This document shows, in pieces, positions 32,658 to 40,158 of a DNA stretch of 40,158 nt. The stretch is from Candidatus Zixiibacteriota bacterium (GTDB lineage Bacteria > SM23-81). How positions within the stretch are numbered: the stretch's first letter is position 1; every line of letters begins with the position of its first letter. Position numbers and translations under genes: made by a program. The notes beneath the pieces are model-generated. The model saw nothing but the letters and a program-made list of their open reading frames with translations. It made no database searches and was not told where the DNA came from. The stretch lies in contig DAOVRJ010000001.1 in the NCBI GenBank assembly GCA_030628225.1, positions 1 to 40,158 on the forward strand, read 5' to 3'.

Positions 32658-34034
32658 TCACTTCCTCTTTTTAAGCAGCTTAATGAGCTCTTCCCCTATC
32701 CTGTGCACATCTCCGGCACCCAGGGTGATGACCAGATCGCCCGGCAGAACCTGAGCGGCCAAATACGTGGCCACTTTCCTCTTATCCTGGATGTAGACCA
32801 CCTTGCGATGTCCATATTCCCTGGCTGCCTGAGCTACCAGCTCACCGCTGATACCGGCGATGGGCTTCTCGCGGGCGGGGTAGACATCGGTAACCAACAA
32901 TATGTCTGACTGAAAAAAGGATTTGCCGAAATCCCCGCAGAAATCCCTGGTCCTGCTGTAGAGATGTGGCTGAAAGACCGCTATGGTCCGCCGGCCCAGT
33001 CCGTTTTTAGCCGCCTGGAGAGTTGCCTGGATCTCCGTGGGGTGATGAGCATAATCATCCACCACCATCACATCATCAACCTCTCCTTTGACCTCGAACC
33101 GCCTGTAAACACCGGTAAAGCTCTCCAGAGCCTTCTTGACAGTGCTGAAACTTAAACCCAGCTCCAATCCAACAGCGGCGGCTGCCAAGCTGTTCTTAAC
33201 ATTGTGAACTCCGGGGGCCTTCACTCTCAGCCGACCTAGTTTCTTCCCGCGGACGACCAGATCAAAAACGCTGGTCAAACCCCGGAAAGCCAGGTTTGTT
33301 GCCCTGATATCGACCTGAGCAGATAGCCCATAGGTAATCAGTGGCTGTTGTATGTGGGGAACGATGCTCTGAAGGCTTTGCTCATCGAGACAGAGGATAA
33401 CTGTCCCGTAAAAGGGCACCTTGTTCACGAACTCAATAAAAGCGCCTTTGATATCATCCAGATTGGTGTAGCAGTCTAAATGCTCGGCCTCCAGGGTGGT
33501 CACCACGGCGATCGTGGGAACCAACCGGAGAAAGGAGCGATCGAACTCGTCGGCCTCGGCAACCAGATATTGCCCTTTGCCCAGTTTTGCGCTCGCCCGC
33601 AGGCTCTTCACTTTTCCGCCCACAATGATTGTGGGGTCCAATCCACCTTCGGTTAAGACCAGACCCACCATAGAGGTGGTGGTAGTCTTGCCGTGGGTTC
33701 CGGCGATGCCGATGCCGTATTTCATGCGCATAAGCTCGCCAAGCATCTCGGCCCGACGTATGACCGGGATCTTTAACCTGCGAGCCTCCATTACCTCGGG
33801 ATTGTCCGGATTCACCGCCGAAGAGATGACCACCACGTCGGCATCGCCCACCTGAGAAGCTCTATGTCCTTTGGACACGATGGCCCCCAGTTTCATTAAC
33901 CTTCGGGTCACCTCACTGAGTTGAAGATCCGAGCCGGTGATCTGAAATCCCAGGTTCAGGAGCACCTCGGCGATACCGCTCATCCCGATGCCCCCAATAC
34001 CCACAAAATGAAGTTTTCTGACCTTGCCGAACAT
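32658..34034 (-). CDS. murC: UDP-N-acetylmuramate--L-alanine ligase
   Basis: HFVGIGGIGMSGIAEVL and GIAGTHGKTTTTSM (Mur ligase P-loop), plus DDYAHHPTEI, which is typical of MurC. Confidence 0.95.
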   Translation of the reverse strand: MFGKVRKLHFVGIGGIGMSGIAEVLLNLGFQITGSDLQLSEVTRRLMKLGAIVSKGHRASQVGDADVVVISSAVNPDNPEVMEARRLKIPVIRRAEMLGELMRMKYGIGIAGTHGKTTTTSMVGLVLTEGGLDPTIIVGGKVKSLRASAKLGKGQYLVAEADEFDRSFLRLVPTIAVVTTLEAEHLDCYTNLDDIKGAFIEFVNKVPFYGTVILCLDEQSLQSIVPHIQQPLITYGLSAQVDIRATNLAFRGLTSVFDLVVRGKKLGRLRVKAPGVHNVKNSLAAAAVGLELGLSFSTVKKALESFTGVYRRFEVKGEVDDVMVVDDYAHHPTEIQATLQAAKNGLGRRTIAVFQPHLYSRTRDFCGDFGKSFFQSDILLVTDVYPAREKPIAGISGELVAQAAREYGHRKVVYIQDKRKVATYLAAQVLPGDLVITLGAGDVHRIGEELIKLLKKRK

Positions 34035-34035
34035 C

Positions 34036-35130
34036 TCATCTCTCCCCGGCTAGCTCTCGAATGGCCTGGACCACGGTCGCCGCGGCCTGGGGCCGGCCCA
34101 ATAGCTTGCTTTTCTCGGCCATCTGTCGAAGACAACGATCGTCGCCCAGCAGACAAAGCAGAACGGAGATGAGCTTGTCCCCTCTCAACTCGCCATTCAA
34201 TACCATCTCTGCGGCCCCGGCTTTCACCAGAGCTTGAGCATTGATCCGCTGGTGATCGGCGGCAGCAAAGGGGTAGGGCACGAAGATGGCTGGCAGACCA
34301 CAAAGGGCGATCTCCGCCACCGTGGTCGCCCCGGCCCGGCAGACCACTACATCGGCAGCCCCGTAGGCCGAGCTCATGTCCCGGATGAAATCGACCACCA
34401 CCGTCCCGGGCCCGCGCTCCGCAAACTGCTGTCGAATCTGGGCCAGATCCCCCTTCCCCGTCTGCCATATAACCTGAATATTCTCAGCCTTCAATCGGTC
34501 AAACCCTCGGGCCACGGCCATATTAATGCTGTGTGCTCCCTGACTTCCTCCCATCACCAGAACCGTTTTCCGGCGGGGGTCAAGGGCAAATGCCTCAGCA
34601 GCACATCTCCGTTCGGCCCGATCCAGCTCTGTGCGCAGCGGGTTTCCGCTCATCCTCAGATGGTTCTTCTTCCGAAAATACCTTCGGGATTGCGGAAAGC
34701 TCAGGTGCACCTGGTCAACCCGAGGGCTCAAGATCCTGGTGGTAATCCCCGGAAAGCTGTTCTGCTCCTGAATCAGGGTGGGGATACCCATGAGGGAGGC
34801 CAGAAAAACGACCGGTCCGCTCACGTAGCCACCGGTTCCCACCACCACTTTGGGTCGAAATCGGCGGAGAATCATAAAAGAGCGCCAAAGACCCAGAAAA
34901 AGAAACCAGGGAAAGGCGATGGTCTGCCAATGGAATCTCCTGCTCCACCCCCGGACGGACACGGAGGCAAAGTCAAAACCCTCTTGCGGGACAATCTGTT
35001 TTTCCAGCCCGCGGTCACCCCCCAAAAAGAGCACCTTGGCCTCAGACACCTGCCGCCAGAGCTCCTCAGCGATGGCCAGGGCCGGGAAAAGATGCCCCCC
35101 CGTTCCTCCCCCGGCGATCAGCACGCGCAT
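34036..35130 (-). CDS. murG: UDP-N-acetylglucosamine--N-acetylmuramyl-(pentapeptide) pyrophosphoryl-undecaprenol N-acetylglucosamine transferase
   Basis: The true start is MRVLIAGGGTGGHLFPALAIAEEL at ATG 35130. The maximal ORF to 35274 runs into ftsW. VMGGSQGA and RAGATTVAEI motifs are present. Confidence 0.93.
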   Translation of the reverse strand: MRVLIAGGGTGGHLFPALAIAEELWRQVSEAKVLFLGGDRGLEKQIVPQEGFDFASVSVRGWSRRFHWQTIAFPWFLFLGLWRSFMILRRFRPKVVVGTGGYVSGPVVFLASLMGIPTLIQEQNSFPGITTRILSPRVDQVHLSFPQSRRYFRKKNHLRMSGNPLRTELDRAERRCAAEAFALDPRRKTVLVMGGSQGAHSINMAVARGFDRLKAENIQVIWQTGKGDLAQIRQQFAERGPGTVVVDFIRDMSSAYGAADVVVCRAGATTVAEIALCGLPAIFVPYPFAAADHQRINAQALVKAGAAEMVLNGELRGDKLISVLLCLLGDDRCLRQMAEKSKLLGRPQAAATVVQAIRELAGER

Positions 35131-36266
35131 GGTCCCCTCCTTTTTTTCCAGGAGGCTTTCCCGGCTAGTCGCCGTCGGGAGATATTCAGCAAAATGCCCA
35201 TCCCGATGAGATTGAACAACAGAGAAGAACCGCCATAGCTGATGAAGGGGAGAGTCAAACCGGTTGTAGGACACAATCTGGTAACCACGGCCACGTTGAC
35301 CGCCATATTCAGAAAGATCATCGCCGTGATACCCGTTCCCATAAGAAAGCCGAATCGGTCGGCAGCGCCACGGGCCGCTCTCAGGCCGCGCCAGGCCACC
35401 AATAGGAAAAGAGCCAAAATGACCACGACTCCGACGAACCCCAGCTCTTCTCCCAATATGGAGAAAACGAAATCGGTGTGCGGCTCCGGTAAAAAGAGCA
35501 GTTTCTGACGACTATTTCCCAGCCCAACGCCAAAAATTCCGCCGCTGCCCAGGCTGATCAGGGACTGTTCGATCTGGTAGCCAGCCCCGATGGGATCCAG
35601 TTCGGAATCCAAAAATGATAGCACTCTCAAACGGCAATAGGGCACGCAGAAAATCATCGTGGCCGCCCCCAATAGGGTCAGAAACCCCATTTTCAGCAGG
35701 TGAATCCATCTCACCCCGGCCACCGCAAACATGCTAAAAACCAGCATTCCGACGACCAGAGCTGTGCCTAAATCCGGCTGCAGAGCAATCAGGACAAGGC
35801 TGAGGCCGATGACGCAGACCGTGGGCAGAAGACCCTCTTTGAAATCCCCAATTTGACCCTCTTTTCGGGTCATCTGCCTGGCGATGTAAAAGACCAGCAC
35901 CAGTTTAACCATCTCCGAGGGCTGAAAACGCACAAAGGCCAGGTTTAGACTACGGGAGAGACCTTTAGCGGATCCGCCCCAGCCCACTCTGGGCAACAGA
36001 ACCAGGGAAAGGAGGAAGATGGAGACCAACATCCCCAGGCCGGCCAGCTTCTGCCAGCGGTGGTAGTCGATCCTCATGGCCACCAGCATGGCCAGCAGGC
36101 CCAGGAGGGCCCGCAGCACGTGCCTTTTCAGGAAGAAGCTGCTGGTCTGATAGCGCAGCTGGGCCACGGCCACGCTGGAGCTGTACACCATGATGATGCC
36201 CACCCCAACCAAAAGCACTATGGCCACAAACAAAATCCGATCCGGCCTGTCTTTTCCGTCCACCAC
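35118..36266 (-). CDS. ftsW: SEDS-family peptidoglycan glycosyltransferase FtsW
   Basis: Polytopic membrane protein with LPEPHTDFVFSILGEELG and LTLPFISYGGSSLL motifs. It sits in the murD-ftsW-murG position. Confidence 0.92.
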   Translation of the reverse strand: MVDGKDRPDRILFVAIVLLVGVGIIMVYSSSVAVAQLRYQTSSFFLKRHVLRALLGLLAMLVAMRIDYHRWQKLAGLGMLVSIFLLSLVLLPRVGWGGSAKGLSRSLNLAFVRFQPSEMVKLVLVFYIARQMTRKEGQIGDFKEGLLPTVCVIGLSLVLIALQPDLGTALVVGMLVFSMFAVAGVRWIHLLKMGFLTLLGAATMIFCVPYCRLRVLSFLDSELDPIGAGYQIEQSLISLGSGGIFGVGLGNSRQKLLFLPEPHTDFVFSILGEELGFVGVVVILALFLLVAWRGLRAARGAADRFGFLMGTGITAMIFLNMAVNVAVVTRLCPTTGLTLPFISYGGSSLLFNLIGMGILLNISRRRLAGKASWKKRRGPCAC

Positions 36267-36275
36267 GACCTCCGC

Positions 36276-37655
36276 TCAAGATGGAAGTGAACCGGACTTC
36301 TCCCGACCCAGGCGCCCAACGATCTCCTTAAAAACCCGTCCCCGATGCTCGAAATCCCGAAACATATCGAAACTGGCACAGGCCGGAGAGAGCAACACAC
36401 AATCGCCAGGAACCGCTTTAGCCCGAGCTACACTCACGGCCTCTTCCAGATCCTTCACTAAAATGGTCTCGGTCACATCGCTCCAGACGGCGCGCATTTT
36501 CTCCCGGGCTTCGCCCAACAGCAAAAGGAGCCGCACCCGCTGGCCTATTAAAGTTCGCAACCCTTCGAAATCCCCCTTCTTATCCCGGCCACCGGCGATG
36601 AGCAAAATGGGCTCAGCGAAGGTCATCAGCCCCTGTCTGACAGCGTCCACATTGGTACCCTTTGAGTCGTTGATGTACTTCACGCCGTCCAACATGCGCA
36701 CCAGTTCCAGCCTGTGCTCAACGCCTTTGAAATCAGCTAGCTCAGCGGCGCACACGGAGAGATCAACACCCATGATCTGGACCGCGGCCACCGCAGCCAG
36801 GCTATTGGACAGATTATGAGGACCTGGAATGCCCAATTCTTTGACCTCCAGAACTACCTTCTGAGTATCTGTGAGCTGGGAGATGATCTGTCCCTCTCTG
36901 ACGAAGACACCGCCTTTCACCTCTCCCCGAATGCTGTACAGCACGACCCGGCCTGGCGACTTTTCCGCCAGGGCAACTGCTCCCGGGTCGTCCCTGTTTA
37001 GGATGGCTATATCCGTGGCCTGCTGGTTTATCAACAGACGCGCCTTGGTCCGCGCGTAAGCCTCCATGCTACCATACCTGTCCAGATGGTCGGGCGTGAT
37101 ATTCAGAACAATCCCCACCCGGGGCCGAAAGGTCTCGATCCGCTCAAGCTGAAAACTGCTCACCTCCACAACAATCACGCCATCTCTTGGAACGCTCCTC
37201 ACCGAGGCGGACAGGGGAAAACCGATATTGCCGGCCACCTGATATTGCCAGCCAGCTCTCTCGAAAATTCTGCCAATGAGCGTGGTGGTTGTAGTCTTCC
37301 CGTTGGATCCGGTGATCGCCACCAGAGGAACCCTGGCCCACCAGGAGGCCACTTCCAGCTCTCCGTACACGGGAATATCGGCCTCTTGCGCCCTGGCCAA
37401 GATGGGCACATCTCTGGGAATGCCCGGGCTGACCACCACAAAATCGGCTCCCGCCAGAGCTCGCTCCGAGTGCCCCCCGGCCTCTATCTCCACGCCCAGA
37501 CCTCGAAGATCTCGCACCTCTTCATTCAGGGTTTCCATGGGTTTCAGGTCGCTGCCGAAGACCCGGGCTCCTTCCTGGTGCAGAAGCCGGGCCACGGCCA
37601 GGCCACTGCGTGCCAGGCCGAGCACAAGGACCTTTTTTCCAGCCACTGAGCGCAT
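36276..37655 (-). CDS. murD: UDP-N-acetylmuramoylalanine--D-glutamate ligase
   Basis: N-terminal KKVLVLGLARSGLAVARLL Rossmann-like segment and the ITGSNGKTTTTTL P-loop. It sits between mraY and ftsW. Confidence 0.93.
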   Translation of the reverse strand: MRSVAGKKVLVLGLARSGLAVARLLHQEGARVFGSDLKPMETLNEEVRDLRGLGVEIEAGGHSERALAGADFVVVSPGIPRDVPILARAQEADIPVYGELEVASWWARVPLVAITGSNGKTTTTTLIGRIFERAGWQYQVAGNIGFPLSASVRSVPRDGVIVVEVSSFQLERIETFRPRVGIVLNITPDHLDRYGSMEAYARTKARLLINQQATDIAILNRDDPGAVALAEKSPGRVVLYSIRGEVKGGVFVREGQIISQLTDTQKVVLEVKELGIPGPHNLSNSLAAVAAVQIMGVDLSVCAAELADFKGVEHRLELVRMLDGVKYINDSKGTNVDAVRQGLMTFAEPILLIAGGRDKKGDFEGLRTLIGQRVRLLLLLGEAREKMRAVWSDVTETILVKDLEEAVSVARAKAVPGDCVLLSPACASFDMFRDFEHRGRVFKEIVGRLGREKSGSLPS

Positions 37656-37664
37656 TTCAGACCT

Positions 37665-38753
37665 CTAGCGAATCTTGAAGGTGCTCAAGCTCAACAGGGC
37701 CAGTATGGCGGCTACGATCCAAAAACGCACTACCACCTGTGACTCGGGCCATCCTTTCAGTTCGAAGTGATGGTGCAGAGGAGCCATACGAAAAACCCGC
37801 TTGCCGCCGCGGAGCTTAAAGGAGGTGATCTGAATGATCACCGAAAGAGCCTCAGCGGCGAACACACCACCTACGATGAGCAGCTGAATTTCCTTCTTGA
37901 GAAGAATGGCCGCCGCGCTGAGGGCCCCACCCAAAGCCAGGGAACCGGTATCTCCCATAAAAACCTTGGCGGGATGAGCGTTGAACCACAGAAAACCCAG
38001 GGAGGCTCCGACGATGGCCGCTAAAAACACGGTCAGCTCACCGCTGCCCTCCAGGTACATGATGTTCAGATAGCTGCTGAAGTCCACCCGCCCTGAAACG
38101 TAGCTCATCCCGGCAAAGGCCATGGCACAGGTGGCTACGATACCGATGGCCAGACCATCCAGGCCATCGGTTAGGTTAATGGCGTTGCTGGTTCCCGTGG
38201 TCACTAAAACCACAAAAGGGATGTAGAAAATCCCGAAATCGAGGACCCAATTCTTGAGAAAAGGAATGCTGGTCTGGGTATGAAACTGGGCGGACAGTGG
38301 CCAGATATACAGGATGCTCCCCAGAATCAGGCCAAAGGTCACCTGGCCGATGAGCTTTCGGCGGGCCACCAGACCTTTGGGCAGATGTTTCACCGCTTTC
38401 AGGTAGTCGTCGATAAAACCGATGGTTCCCATCCAGACGGTGGAGAACAGGATCAGCTGAATGTACCTGTTGGTCAGATCGGCCCACAGCAGGGTGGGCA
38501 AAACGACGGCCAACAGGATGATCAGCCCGCCCATGGTGGGAGTTCCCTCTTTAACCAGATGGGTCTGGGGACCATCCGACCTGATTCTCTCCTTAATGTG
38601 CAGTTTGTGCAGGCGCCTGATGATGAAAGGCCCGATGATGAAGCTGACCAACAGGGCTGTCAGGGTGGCATAGGCCGCGCGAAAAGTGATGTACCGAAAG
38701 AGATTAAACGCCGAAACGACGTCGCTCAGTGGGCTGAGAAGGTAATAGAGCAT
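37665..38753 (-). CDS. mraY: Phospho-N-acetylmuramoyl-pentapeptide transferase
   Basis: SNAINLTDGLDGLA, FMGDTGSLALGG and MAPLHHHFELKGW motifs. Confidence 0.96.
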   Translation of the reverse strand: MLYYLLSPLSDVVSAFNLFRYITFRAAYATLTALLVSFIIGPFIIRRLHKLHIKERIRSDGPQTHLVKEGTPTMGGLIILLAVVLPTLLWADLTNRYIQLILFSTVWMGTIGFIDDYLKAVKHLPKGLVARRKLIGQVTFGLILGSILYIWPLSAQFHTQTSIPFLKNWVLDFGIFYIPFVVLVTTGTSNAINLTDGLDGLAIGIVATCAMAFAGMSYVSGRVDFSSYLNIMYLEGSGELTVFLAAIVGASLGFLWFNAHPAKVFMGDTGSLALGGALSAAAILLKKEIQLLIVGGVFAAEALSVIIQITSFKLRGGKRVFRMAPLHHHFELKGWPESQVVVRFWIVAAILALLSLSTFKIR

Positions 38754-38759
38754 TAGATC

Positions 38760-40158
38760 TTAGCCTTTTTGAAGTGATGAAGAGAGGGCAGGTATGATCT
38801 CCTCCAGACGCACCGCCCGCGAGGCTTTTAGCAGCACCAAATCTCCCTTTTTGAGCATTTTTTTCAGACATTCTGCCGCCTGCCCCGGATCTGCACAACG
38901 GATAACCTTTCCGGCCTCATAGCCATCTTGAATGGCACCTTGCGCAATCCCCTCGGCCAGCTCACCCACGGTGATCAGCCTCTCGATGCCGGATTTGGCC
39001 ACCCAACACCCCAACTCCCGATGGGCCTGAGACTCCTGGTGGCCCAGCTCCAACATGTCTCCCAAGACGGCGATCTTGCGGGCATCCGTCTCCAGGCCGG
39101 CCAGAACTTCGATGGCAGCTCTCATAGAGGCTGGATTAGCATTGTAAGCGTCGTTGAGAATTACCGCTCCACCGACCCTAACCAGCTCCATACGCATGGG
39201 ACTGGGGGAAAAACTTCGCAGGGCCTCCCCGATCTGGTCGACGGACAGCCCCAGCTTCAGCCCCACAGCAATGGCCGCCAGAGCGTTGTAGACGTTGTGC
39301 CGGCCCCAGGTGGGTATCTGGAACTCCCCCACCCCATCAACCTGAAAGCTGGTCCGCAGCCCATCAAGGAGGTGAAAAACCGTGACCCGGTAGTCCGCTC
39401 CCTCCCCCATCCCGAAGGTCACCACCCGGGAGGACGGAATCACCCTTTGCGCCATCAACCGCTCATCGTCGGCGTTGAGAAAAACCAGTCCCTCGGGGAG
39501 CAGCATCTCCAGAAGCTCGAACTTGGCCTTGGTAATTTCCGGCAAGCTCCTCAGCTGCTGCAGGTGGGCCGGTCCAATGTTCGTGATCAGGCCGTACCGG
39601 GGGAGACTGATCTCCGCAGAGCGATAAATCTCGCCTGGTCCGCTCATGCCCATCTCCACCACGGCCATCTGATCCTTTGCGGAAAGCCGAAACAGGGTCA
39701 GGGGAACACCGATGTGATTGTTGAAGTTCCCCTCGGTTTTCATAGTTGGAAATCCCGTAGAGAGGACGGCGGCCACCATGTCTTTGGTGGTGGTCTTGCC
39801 GTTGGTACCGGTGATTCCGATGACGGTCACAGACATCTTTCCCCGGTAGTATCCGGCCAGATCCTGGAGGGCCCTGAGGGGATCGGCAACCACAATCAGG
39901 GGCGCAGGAAATCTCTCTCCGGGAACAAGACCTGCCGTCCACTGCCGGGAGACCACCGCCAGGGCAGCTTTGTTCTCCAAGGCCTGGGCCACGAATTCAT
40001 GGCCGTCGAACCGCTCTCCGCGGAGGGCGAAAAAGGCTTCTCCCCGGTTAACGCACCGGGAGTCGGTGGAAATACCCTCTATCCTGAGATGATCCAGGTC
40101 GGGCTCATCCGTTGTCGGGAAAACGCGGCCGCCGGTGGCCGCGATGATCTCCCTGATA
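38760..40158 (-). CDS. murF: UDP-N-acetylmuramoyl-tripeptide--D-alanyl-D-alanine ligase (5' end runs off the window)
   Basis: ITGTNGKTTTKDM P-loop. The frame stays open upstream of the ORF-track GTG (39992). Hand translation to the window edge gives IREIIAATGGRVFPTTDEPDLDHLRIEGISTDSRCVNRGEAFFALRGERFDGHEFV, a typical MurF N-terminus, so only a few codons are missing. Confidence 0.92.
   Translation of the reverse strand, partial: IREIIAATGGRVFPTTDEPDLDHLRIEGISTDSRCVNRGEAFFALRGERFDGHEFVAQALENKAALAVVSRQWTAGLVPGERFPAPLIVVADPLRALQDLAGYYRGKMSVTVIGITGTNGKTTTKDMVAAVLSTGFPTMKTEGNFNNHIGVPLTLFRLSAKDQMAVVEMGMSGPGEIYRSAEISLPRYGLITNIGPAHLQQLRSLPEITKAKFELLEMLLPEGLVFLNADDERLMAQRVIPSSRVVTFGMGEGADYRVTVFHLLDGLRTSFQVDGVGEFQIPTWGRHNVYNALAAIAVGLKLGLSVDQIGEALRSFSPSPMRMELVRVGGAVILNDAYNANPASMRAAIEVLAGLETDARKIAVLGDMLELGHQESQAHRELGCWVAKSGIERLITVGELAEGIAQGAIQDGYEAGKVIRCADPGQAAECLKKMLKKGDLVLLKASRAVRLEEIIPALSSSLQKG

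Noticed and set aside
28510-40158. The dcw cluster itself as a notable finding: no ddl between murB and ftsQ, and a murG start overlapping the ftsW end.
   Set aside because: Gene order and overlaps fall within normal variation for bacterial dcw clusters. ddl is frequently encoded elsewhere. This is ordinary housekeeping.
1-40158. Mobile elements, prophage, toxin-antitoxin, restriction-modification or other defence systems, tRNA/rRNA genes.
   Set aside because: I found no integrase/transposase/recombinase motifs, no terminal inverted or long direct repeats, no small paired ORFs of TA type, and no methyltransferase/nuclease motifs. None of the short intergenic regions has a cloverleaf-like sequence.

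Overview
This is a 40.2-kb window from a GC-rich diderm bacterium. All genes but one are on the minus strand. Most are separated by under 50 nt or overlap (ATGA/GTGA), so the window reads as a few long transcription units.

In the direction of transcription (high to low coordinates):

1. The distal half of a canonical dcw cell-wall/division cluster: murF (5' end off-window)-mraY-murD-ftsW-murG-murC-murB-ftsQ-ftsA-ftsZ. It ends in a B12-binding-type radical SAM gene that starts 5 nt after ftsZ.
2. rpmB (the only plus-strand gene, convergent, with a shared hairpin terminator), recG, a DUF366-like gene, a ~150-bp relic of an FAD-dependent (geranylgeranyl-reductase-type) oxidoreductase, and a DUF1844-like gene.
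3. A ~21-kb, 11-gene co-directional cell-envelope cluster, which I consider the most interesting part. In order it encodes:
 - a PorU-like C25 peptidase with a T9SS-type C-terminal domain (CTD);
 - two tandem PorV/PorQ-like barrels;
 - an M6-metalloprotease-like protein with a destroyed HExxH site, an FG-GAP propeller and a T9SS CTD;
 - a DUF5683-like small membrane protein;
 - a HExxH-peptidase/PD40-propeller/Omp85-barrel fusion;
 - a second DUF5683-like paralog;
 - an NHL propeller;
 - a 1152-aa predicted outer-membrane beta-barrel;
 - a TamA-sized Omp85 protein;
 - a UbiA-family prenyltransferase.
4. A ~290-bp intergenic region built almost entirely from six consecutive blocks of ~7-nt tandem repeats.
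5. dtd and maf.

I saw no tRNA, rRNA, CRISPR array, transposase/integrase or recognisable defence genes. All functional calls come from reading motifs in the supplied translations and the DNA; no searches were run. The T9SS-type CTDs and PorU/PorV-like genes suggest (inference only) an FCB-superphylum-like or related candidate-phylum organism.
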